11,024 bases of DNA from Candidatus Thorarchaeota archaeon (GTDB taxonomy: Archaea > Asgardarchaeota > Thorarchaeia > Thorarchaeales > Thorarchaeaceae): positions 1 to 11,024 of the forward strand of contig RDNZ01000066.1 of the NCBI GenBank assembly GCA_011364905.1, in the 5' to 3' direction. Below the pieces are notes generated by a model that searched no databases, was not told the DNA's origin, and worked only from the letters and a program-made list of their open reading frames with translations. Shown piece after piece: positions 1 to 8,200 of the stretch; the stretch's first letter is position 1, and every line of letters starts with the position of its first letter. The position numbers and the translations under genes were made by a program.

Positions 1-414
1 AGTGATTAGACCTGGAAAGAAAGTGATGGGAACTATCGCAAGGAGGGCCCAACCCAAATCAGCGGGTCCTGGATTGAGGAGGTGGAGTTGACTCTCAAAG
101 CCCATGAGGAAGCTGAGGAGATTTCCTAGCGTGAAGAGAACAGGAAAAGCAAACGCTGAGAGGATGAGATACGGGATATGGCGGCTGGTAGGTCTCGCAG
201 TCTTTACTATCCCATCAAGATCAACCTCTTTCGAGGAGAGCTTCTGGAGAATCACAAGGACCAGAATGGGCGAGATGCCTCCAAGGGATGAAGGAACTAT
301 GATGTACTCAGTAGGCCAGAGACCAAGGACCATCTGTCCCCACCAGACCCATGCAATGGGGATTGTGAGTGAGAAAAACAAGGCCAGTTGATGTTTCACA
401 ATGAATTCTTTCAC
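1..414 (-). CDS. CPBP (CAAX protease/Abi) family intramembrane metalloprotease, N-terminal part, truncated by the window edge
   Basis: Hand translation of the minus strand from GTG 414 gives 138 open codons: VKEFIVKHQLALFFSLTIPIAWVWWGQ...SSLGGISPILVLVIL...YLILSAFAFPVLFTLGNLLSFLMG...LGWALLAIVPITFFPGLIT. It has about 4 hydrophobic helices, and the start resembles CPBP N-termini. AAGGAG lies upstream at 428-433. The catalytic EExxxR motif would fall outside the window, so the family call is tentative. Confidence 0.7.
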   Translation of the reverse strand, partial: MKEFIVKHQLALFFSLTIPIAWVWWGQMVLGLWPTEYIIVPSSLGGISPILVLVILQKLSSKEVDLDGIVKTARPTSRHIPYLILSAFAFPVLFTLGNLLSFLMGFESQLHLLNPGPADLGWALLAIVPITFFPGLIT

Positions 415-577
415 CAGTTTTTTTTTGCTCCTTTTAGAAAGCAGCAGATTTTTCGCATTATGTGAGTTATAAACATAGTTTATCGAATAATTAACATTCA
501 GAAGACCAGCAGAATGGATATCATACCCTGATAAGAAAGATACATGAAGAGCTATGAATTCGGATTAATGAGGAACA

Positions 578-1051
578 ATGACCGCAGACCATATACGTCA
601 TCTATACGAGTATCATTTCACACTCAATAGAAAGTTCTGGCACTTCTGTATCGAAAATCTCACATGGAAACAACTGATTGGACTAGATAAAATATCGGTT
701 GGTTCTGTCAGAAACCAGTTCGTTCATATCATGAGTGTAGATGAGAGATGGTTTCGTGGACTTCGAGGGATGCCTGATATTGATTTTCATAACCCTGAAA
801 ACTTTGGAGAACCGAAGGAGATTCGATTACAGTGGGACCTCGTGGAAGCAGAGATGAGAGTATATCTTGATGGACTCACTGACAGAGACCTCGAAAACCA
901 GTTTCAAGACAATATGAAAGTCTGGCAGGTTCTTACACATGTAGTCAATCATGGTACAGCACATCGAGCTCAAATTGGAGCAAGATTGCGGCATCTAGGG
1001 CTAAAACCTCCGCCTCAAGATTATATTCTCTATATTCTGGGGAAACTATGA
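578..1051 (+). CDS. DinB/YfiT-like four-helix metalloprotein (DinB family; not DNA polymerase IV)
   Basis: Motifs GSVRNQFVH and LTHVVNHGTAHRAQI supply the His triad, and the C-terminus is LRHLGLKPPPQDY. GAGGA sits just upstream of the ATG. Confidence 0.9.
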   Translation: MTADHIRHLYEYHFTLNRKFWHFCIENLTWKQLIGLDKISVGSVRNQFVHIMSVDERWFRGLRGMPDIDFHNPENFGEPKEIRLQWDLVEAEMRVYLDGLTDRDLENQFQDNMKVWQVLTHVVNHGTAHRAQIGARLRHLGLKPPPQDYILYILGKL

Positions 1052-1073
1052 CGGAGGCGGTCAGGATCTCCAA

Positions 1074-2693
1074 TCAGGGTCCTGAAAAACCTTTCAGAAG
1101 AAACTCTGATGAGAATTCGGTGGTCCACCCTTCATCTTGTTGATAATCATGACCCAATTGCAATGCAATCTCAGCTCTTGCCAATTCCACTCCAAGATAG
1201 GTCGCATGCTCAACAGAACCAACGAGATCTCGATTCAGGATTTCCTTTAAAATGAGAGATGGCTTCTCTGACGATATGCGTTGAACTTTTCCTTTACGGT
1301 CTTGATGCTCGCAAAGGATTCGATTCGAAGAGAAATCAACACCGATTCTGAAACATCCCTTTGGGTCAGGTTTGTATCCACTTGCATCACCTTTCACATC
1401 CTCATAAGACTCATTCAGGGATACCGACTGAATACCATGCGTAGAGGATTTCGCAGCAAATGCAGTGATTCCAAGCTCTTTTGGTGTCGAGTGGGTCATT
1501 TTTGCAGCGAACGCTAATTGAGCAGTTGCTCGGAGTTCCTTGACGCAATTGAATGTAGAAGGTCGTTCTTCAGTAGTTAAGTAGACAGAGATGCCCAGTT
1601 CTGCACCCAGACAGGACAGGAGGGCATTCACACCCAACGAGTCAGAGTCCAGAAACTCTGTCACATTTGCGAGTCCAGCCAAGAAAGGAGTATCCTGATC
1701 AAGGAGTCTATACTCATGAAATGCTACTAATGAAGTCATGAGACCCGGTTGGATTGCTGCCTCTAAAACTGGATCTGCGAGAAGTTTCGAGTGTCCTTTT
1801 TTTCTAAGCTCATCTCGAAGCTGGAGACATCTCCTTGCTCTCTCATGTGGTTCGTGCGGATACGCTCCTGCTGAGACGTTAGTAGGCAAGCATACCAGAA
1901 CTACGTCCTCCGGAATGCTGGAAACTACACCAATGTTCCCAGAGTCTATTGAGAGCACCATTTCAGCACCTGCATCGACTCCGGCAATGATCTCTTCAGG
2001 ATCCAGCGAGTCAATGCTTACTGCTTTACCAAGTTTGTGAACCTCTTGTGTGATCTCTGCTACTCGTTCCGGATCTTTGTTTGATATCGACGCACCAATG
2101 TCGAGTATATCGGCGAATTCGGAGTATTTCTTTGCGTCCGCAATTGTATCATCAGCATCGCGAGTTGTTGCATCCACAAGCTCAGCCATTATTCGAGGAG
2201 GGAGATCAATCCCAATTGTTAGTCCCGACTCAAGGCTAAAGTTTCTAGTTCCATAGACAACTTCTTTTTCTAAGGCTTTGAAGCGATCCCGGAGGTCTGC
2301 GAGTATTCTTGTTTGAATCATCCCATCAGCTGGTATTGAACTGGAGAGGCTCTCGTGGAGTTCATCAAGATGTCTAAGTAGCAGTGGAACCGAAGACAAC
2401 TTCTTGGTACCCTTCAATACAGGAATGTCAAACTCTTTGCGAATATCAGAGTAGTCACCCTGAGCCATCCCTGATATAAGAACAATATCGGGGTCCAATT
2501 TCGAAACATAATTCGGAAGGTGCCTTCGAATCAGTTTCGGTGTAGTAAAAGCTGCAACTGATATGGGAAGAGCCTCCACAAAGGTGTTGTTTTCCTTGGA
2601 CACTATCTTCTCAAGTTCATCATATGCCATTCTGCCTGTAAGAAGCAGAATTCTAGGTTCTTGCTTCATTCTCGTCGACCTTCTGGAACTCAT
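1074..2693 (-). CDS. Dihydropteroate synthase-like protein (archaeal MJ0107-type): N-terminal Rossmann-like domain, pterin-binding TIM barrel, C-terminal DUF4346
   Basis: N-terminal ILLLTGRMA/PISVAAF. Barrel motifs IMAELVDA, DILDIG, SIDS, LADPVL and GLANVTE. C-terminal DPKGCFRIGVD...HATYLGVELARAEIAL...YQQD. The true start may be ATG 2669 (MKQEPRILL). Confidence 0.88.
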   Translation of the reverse strand: MSSRRSTRMKQEPRILLLTGRMAYDELEKIVSKENNTFVEALPISVAAFTTPKLIRRHLPNYVSKLDPDIVLISGMAQGDYSDIRKEFDIPVLKGTKKLSSVPLLLRHLDELHESLSSSIPADGMIQTRILADLRDRFKALEKEVVYGTRNFSLESGLTIGIDLPPRIMAELVDATTRDADDTIADAKKYSEFADILDIGASISNKDPERVAEITQEVHKLGKAVSIDSLDPEEIIAGVDAGAEMVLSIDSGNIGVVSSIPEDVVLVCLPTNVSAGAYPHEPHERARRCLQLRDELRKKGHSKLLADPVLEAAIQPGLMTSLVAFHEYRLLDQDTPFLAGLANVTEFLDSDSLGVNALLSCLGAELGISVYLTTEERPSTFNCVKELRATAQLAFAAKMTHSTPKELGITAFAAKSSTHGIQSVSLNESYEDVKGDASGYKPDPKGCFRIGVDFSSNRILCEHQDRKGKVQRISSEKPSLILKEILNRDLVGSVEHATYLGVELARAEIALQLGHDYQQDEGWTTEFSSEFLLKGFSGP

Positions 2694-2884
2694 TGAGCTT
2701 TTGAAATATGAATCAACTAAGCGAGATTGTACTAATCCTCATAAATTAATTCAGTCAGGTCTGATGAGAAATAGATTCAGAATCGCTTTGTGCGCGGGTC
2801 TTGCGTTAGTAGTAAGCATCTTATGAGGAGAGCAATATTGGACATCCGATAGATTAACTATGATTTGATTTCAGAGGAATCCAC

Positions 2885-3454
2885 ATGGCTGGTTACAAAG
2901 GGATTATGGCGCTCGCAGAGGAGGATAGGAGCGGCCTACAAGAAACATTTGGGAAACAGGGATTTCGAGATTTCCATTGGATTGATCCGACGGAGATTGT
3001 AGTTTCACAATGGGTGCGATTGAAGTGTGAGTTTGGGTGCGTGGATTATGGTAAAGCTGCTTGTCCTCCAAATCTTCCTTCGATATCTGAATGTCAGGAG
3101 TTTTTCCGAGAATACTCTGATGCGTGGGTATTCAGATTCACAAAAAAGTCGGATGATACACAGCAAAACAAAGATTGGATGAAGAAGATTGAAACCAACC
3201 TGCTGAGTCTTGAAAGAGAGGTCTTCCTAAAGGGGCACGTCAAAGCATTCGTGCTTCTTGCATCAAACTGTAGCCTCTGTGCGGACTGTGCTGATAACAG
3301 AGAGAGCTGCAATCACAAGAGACTCGCTCGTCCTACACCTGAAGGATTGGGAGTTGATGTTTTCGCCACAGTGTCAAAACTGGGATTCCCAATCAGAGTC
3401 CTAAAAGATCATTCAGAAGAAATGAACCGCTATGCCATACTACTTGTGCAATAA
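2885..3454 (+). CDS. DUF2284 family predicted metal-binding (Cys-rich) protein
   Basis: KCEFGCVDYG...CPPN and CSLCADC...SC...ARPTPEGLGVDVFATV are characteristic motifs; 8 Cys in total. Alternative start at ATG 2906. Confidence 0.9.
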   Translation: MAGYKGIMALAEEDRSGLQETFGKQGFRDFHWIDPTEIVVSQWVRLKCEFGCVDYGKAACPPNLPSISECQEFFREYSDAWVFRFTKKSDDTQQNKDWMKKIETNLLSLEREVFLKGHVKAFVLLASNCSLCADCADNRESCNHKRLARPTPEGLGVDVFATVSKLGFPIRVLKDHSEEMNRYAILLVQ

Positions 3455-3675
3455 TGGTGTTATTTCATCTCTGCCGAATTCATTCATGTCTGGTTCTCTC
3501 TTGACTTAGGTTTCAAAAGCCACTCATGTTTCAAATGCTCATCTTAATCAATAGTGACATCTCTACAAGAATGGAAGAGAAGTTAATCAGAATCAAGTGT
3601 ATGAGTAGAAAGCGTGTTTGATATTGATGTCTGAAACGAACTACTCTAAGAACTTGCGACCCATGCGTATCGCCA

Positions 3676-4047
3676 TTAGATGACTGATACATTGTATGGA
3701 GCATGATCAGTGAAGTTCTTGCCTTTCTCAGCCCAATATCGCATCTGGATGATGTGTCTATAGAACTCCTGACCGATTATTGTCAGACGATATCCTGCTT
3801 CAGGATTCGATATTGCATGTCCAGTCTTTTGCACAAGACCGAGTGATGCTAGATTAGTAAGGCATTTCGATATCTCTGATTTGCTTACACTAGAGCCTAT
3901 CTTCTGTCGTAGCTCAGGGATACTGGGATTGTAGGACTGTTGCCCTAGAGCAAGAATTAGAGGGACTGCACAAGGACGCCCTAGACTAAAGAAAATCTCA
4001 GTCAAGGGCTCTTTTATATTTGGGTTAGAGGACTTGTTGGCCACCAT
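3676..4047 (-). CDS. HxlR/DUF24-like winged-helix transcriptional regulator
   Basis: ELRQKIGSSVSKSEISKCLTNLASLGLVQK...YRLTIIGQEF...MRYWAE matches the HxlR helix-turn-helix, wing and C-terminal Trp pattern. Confidence 0.75.
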   Translation of the reverse strand: MVANKSSNPNIKEPLTEIFFSLGRPCAVPLILALGQQSYNPSIPELRQKIGSSVSKSEISKCLTNLASLGLVQKTGHAISNPEAGYRLTIIGQEFYRHIIQMRYWAEKGKNFTDHAPYNVSVI

Positions 4048-4342
4048 CGTTCTAGTTCGCCTAACTTATCAACATTATATGGAACGATTGGTTATATTTT
4101 TTTCACACTGTCCGTTCTGTGTTGTCTGCATGGACTATGGGTCATTTTGAGAACTCGGTGATCCAAATTCTATCCTCAATGAATAATCGGCTATGTAGCT
4201 GATTTTCCTTATGTGCACGCCACACCTCTTGTTATATTAATTCTCGAAGGTTAGCTTTGCATTGTTGGAGTAATCATTCGAAAGAAACGTAAAAATCGTT
4301 GAATGTATTCGGATTCTGAAAACTCAAAGGGAAAACTAGGGT

Positions 4343-4367
4343 CCACTCCCATTGTAAAGGGGAGTGG
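4343..4367 (-). terminator. GC-rich stem-loop 3' of the DUF1059 gene (putative terminator or stability hairpin)
   Basis: Perfect 8-bp stem CCACTCCC (4343-4350)/GGGAGTGG (4360-4367) with a 9-nt loop, 14 nt past the stop codon. It is followed on the minus strand by the T-rich ...TAGTTTTCCCTTT. Confidence 0.55.
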
Positions 4368-4381
4368 GCAACAAGAACGAA

Positions 4382-4552
4382 CTATGGCTTTATAGCTTTC
4401 TTGATCTTTGCCATGGTCTCAGGAGGAACGGTCTTCATTCCATGTGCTGAGGCAGCATGAGCAGCGATTTTCTTCATCAATTCGTCTTGTGTTTTTGCAT
4501 CTGCCTTAAAGGGGCAATCCAGTCCAATATCTTTGCATTTGAAAGATGGCAT
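4382..4552 (-). CDS. DUF1059 family small metal-binding protein (56 aa)
   Basis: Hand translation: MPSFKCKDIGLDCPFKADAKTQDELMKKIAAHAASAHGMKTVPPETMAKIKKAIKP*. It shows the C-x6-C...H-x4-H signature. A strong SD GAGGTGA (4558-4564) lies 5 nt before the ATG. It is absent from the ORF track, whose shortest entries are 60 aa. Confidence 0.93.
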   Translation of the reverse strand: MPSFKCKDIGLDCPFKADAKTQDELMKKIAAHAASAHGMKTVPPETMAKIKKAIKP

Positions 4553-4573
4553 TATTTTCACCTCTAGGCAAAA

Positions 4574-4596
4574 AAGCCATGGCTTCTGTTATAAAA
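4574..4596 (-). promoter_or_regulatory. TATA-like box plus 12-bp palindromic putative operator upstream of DUF1059
   Basis: TTTTATAA on the minus strand (4596-4589), followed by the perfect palindrome AAGCCATGGCTT (4574-4585) before the SD. Confidence 0.5.
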
Positions 4597-4678
4597 TGTT
4601 AGATGCAGCTTAATTTTTTTCAGGCCACTAGAATGCTAAAGGTCATGGCTTCCTTGGATGAGGTGAGTCGTTTAGTGT

Positions 4679-5086
4679 TCATTTTCCACTCATTTCAGAA
4701 ACACTCTCATCATTTGAGTGTATGAGTTTTTCACTTGACATTGCATCCTCAATCAGCGTTGCAGCGGACTCCTTGTCCTCGACCTCAAAGAAGATCTTCT
4801 TGTACCGCTCATGATCAAGACTTATTGTAATGCAACTATCAGGGTCATGCATTTCAAAGAACATCATTCCTTCCTTGGTTAAGAATCGTCCATCCTTGAC
4901 ATGATGCGGAATGTTCGTACCGGCAAGTTTGATTGCATTAAAGATATTCCAAGGAATAGTTTCGGTGGAAACAGATACTATATGTTTGAAAGGGATGTGG
5001 ATGCTCCTCTTGATGCTGAGTATCTCATCGATGCCATGTATTTCCAGAACGACATCGTCACCCTCTATTCTGACTGTTCCAGACAA
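4679..5086 (-). CDS. Conserved hypothetical protein, probable bacterial PH-like beta-fold
   Basis: 135 aa with a TTG start. The pattern IHIPFKHIVSVS...KLAGTNIP...GRF...ITISLDHERYKKIFFEVED resembles a widespread uncharacterised family. The fold call is an inference. Confidence 0.7.
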   Translation of the reverse strand: MSGTVRIEGDDVVLEIHGIDEILSIKRSIHIPFKHIVSVSTETIPWNIFNAIKLAGTNIPHHVKDGRFLTKEGMMFFEMHDPDSCITISLDHERYKKIFFEVEDKESAATLIEDAMSSEKLIHSNDESVSEMSGK

Positions 5087-5259
5087 TTTTGTTCACATGA
5101 GAGAATGCGCGTGTCATGAGATAAGACTTGATATATAGCAACGCCTTAGGAGTCCTATTTGACAAAGATGACATGAACGTCTTCTCTTAAATGACAACTT
5201 TCAGAAAGCAAACCTTAAGTCTAGAAGCATGGCGGAAACAATAGAAAGGCGTTCTTAAC

Positions 5260-8200
5260 ATGGAAAACATCAAAGGAGATTTTCAAAACTGGATATCTAA
5301 GAGGACCGGACAAGAACGCATCCTGAGACCTAGCCTCACTAGACGCGTTCCGATTCTGGTGGCAATCTGCATTGGCGTATTGCTTTTTTCTGCTATTTCT
5401 GTACCCAGCAATGGAAGATACCCATCCATTGCTGATTCAAGACTGCTTCCCACGGACGCATCCACAAGGAACAATCTTCAGTCTAATACGACCCCAGCTG
5501 ACGAGAATATACACGTCCTCTGGGACATGGCCCACGGCAATCAGGCACCATCTCAATTCTCCATTCTCATTGCTGAGATTGGATCACAGGGTTTTGTCAC
5601 TGATACGCTCTCCTCTGGGCCAATCAATGCGTCTACACTGCAGGCATATAACGTACTTGTGATTGCCCAACCGTCCCTGTCTTATTCCACAAATGAAACC
5701 GATACGATTCACGACTTCGTTCTTGGAGGCGGCGGGCTACTTGTGATGGCAGACCTTGATGTGAGCATCCTCAACAATCTGACCGACTTTGCTGGCATTG
5801 ATTGGATTGCCGCATCTGGGGGCATTGCCGGTCCCTACGATGTTTATCATCCGGTGACCGAGGGACTTGAAAGCTTTCGGGATACGACTGCTCAGGCCCA
5901 ACTCAATGTCACGTGGCCTGCAATAGGCTTGATGGGATTCTACAGCGGTCAGCAGCTACTCGCTGCCTCGCAGATTGGTCAGGGCAAGATAGTCTGCATG
6001 AGCGACAATGATATGGTTTCCAATAGCTATAGTGATGACAATCTTGGTCTAGGCGTGAATTCCTTCCTTTGGTTGGCCGAGTCCACCCAAGAGCACGATT
6101 TATGGGCGTACGTACACTCATGGACACCAACCCAACCAACCTATGAAACGCCTGTCACAATCACAGTACTGAATACAGGTACATCTACGGAAAATTATGT
6201 CATCGTCAAACTGTATCAAGATGGCCAACAGGTGTTCGCGGAGCTATTCCCTGCTTTGAACAGGAGTACTCTCTATGCATACGACTATGGATGGACACCG
6301 AGTCGCAGTGGTTTCTACAATTTGACTGTCGTCGTTGAACCAGCTCCTGGAGAGAGCCGAACAGAAGACAATCAGCACTCGTTTCTCATCCAAGTTGTTG
6401 ATTTTACGATACAGATTCTCAGTGACAACGATTTTGTATCGCAAGGTTGGCCAGGCAATGGCACGCTCGATGACCCTTATCGGATAGAGGGTCTGTATAT
6501 CATGACCTACTTTGGCCAAACTACTGGCATTACCATTCACAACACAAGAGCTAACTTTACAATCCAGAACTGCACAATCGTTGATATCTATGATACAACT
6601 GATGGCACCGGGATAGACCTCGCGAATGTCACAAATGGAGTGATATTCAACAACACATTTCCCATGGGGCTGAATGGAGTACATATTCAGAATTGCAGCC
6701 ATATTAGCATATCCAACAGTTCCTTCACACAGTATTCAGAGGCCATCCATGTCGAAGAGTCAGCTGATCTGACCATTGAACAGAATCGCCTAGTGGGTCC
6801 TGATACCGGTATGAACCTGCTCTCTGCGAACTTCAGCAGGATTATGAATAACACCCTCAGTCGCAACACCTGGGGTCTGATATTAGGCAGCCAGTCTAAC
6901 AATGTGACTGCGTCCTGGAATGAATTCAACTGCACAAACAATGTGGAGGACGATGGTACTCAGAACACCGTCAGTGAGAACTACTATACTGACTACAGCG
7001 GTATTGATAGTAACTACGACGGTTTTGGTGATACATCGTACCCCTTGATTGGTACTGCGGGCTCAGAGGACCCCAAACCATTGATCCTGCCCCTGAAGGG
7101 ACCCTTCATCTCATGGTCGATAGCTCCGAGTGATGTGACCATTCAATACTACGAGCCCCTCCAGATGGATCTAGAAGCAGTCGGCTACAGCGCGGTCGCG
7201 GGGTACTGGGTGAACAATACAGCCATTGTGACCATAGACGGAAACGGTGTGTTGACGAATGTCACAGAGATTCCGGCTGGCGTCTACGCGCTTGAGGTGA
7301 GAGGTCTTGACCACTATGGCCACTATTGCTCTGCATTCTTCACGCTGACAGTTCAGGACAACGATAGTCCGCTATGGACCCAAGAACTAACAACCCAGAC
7401 AGTGGAGGTCGGTGACACATTATATTACGATCTCAATGCAACTGACTTCTCCGGTTTGGACACATGGTGGGTGAATGACACAAGCCGATTCTCTATCAGC
7501 TCAGAGGGTGTTGTGACGGCAAACACACTCCTGTCTGTTGGCACCTACCATATCATGGTTTACGTGAACGATACCCTTGGTCATGTCCTGACAGGAAACA
7601 TTCGCATAGATGTTGTTGACACTCAGGCGCCTGTCTGGGTGTTTGTGCCGGATGCGGTCCATGTCACCTATGGGGAGGATGCCACATTTGTCATCCAAGC
7701 ACAAGACTACTCTGGTATCGATCACTATTGGGTCAACGACACAGCCCGCTTCAGTGTTGATGCGAACGGAGTAGTGACAAGCATTGTTTCGCTCCCGTGT
7801 GGGCAGATTCCGCTCGAGATCAGAGCATATGACGGCTATGGACACTACTCCACTGCGGACACGGTGATAGTCGTTCTCGATGTAACTGTACCAACAATCA
7901 CTCATCCAGAGGACCTAACCTACACAGCGGGAGAAGTCGGCAACTCAATCGTGTGGCATGCAACGGATGACAACCCACGTACGTATCAGGTGCTACGCGA
8001 TGGCGCAGTGGTCAGAGAGGGACTGTGGAACAGTAGCTCAGAGCAGATCGCTGTTTCTGTAGACGGACTTGCCGCCGGTCTTTACTCGTATTCTCTACGT
8101 GTGTCTGACGCAGGTGGCCACATGATGAGCGATTCAGTCCTGGTGACTGTTCTTGCCACGACAACAGGTGCCGGAGGTACTCTGGAGATCCCCACGATGT

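Noticed and set aside
104-391. 95-aa plus-strand ORF in the track
   Set aside because: It is antisense to a more convincing membrane-protein frame (1..414, -) and has no recognisable motifs.
2761-2785. CTGATGAG resembling a hammerhead ribozyme core or C box
   Set aside because: There is no stem II followed by GAAA, no supporting stems I/III, and no properly spaced D box.
1281-2826. Plus-strand ORFs 1281..1517, 1738..2040, 2050..2256 and 2563..2826
   Set aside because: They are antisense shadows of the DHPS-like gene with no recognisable motifs.
5229-5258. Short upstream ORF MAETIERRS before the surface-protein ATG
   Set aside because: It begins only about 9 nt after the TATA-like CCTTAAGT (5213-5220), so it probably lies upstream of the transcription start. 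ORFs this short are expected by chance.
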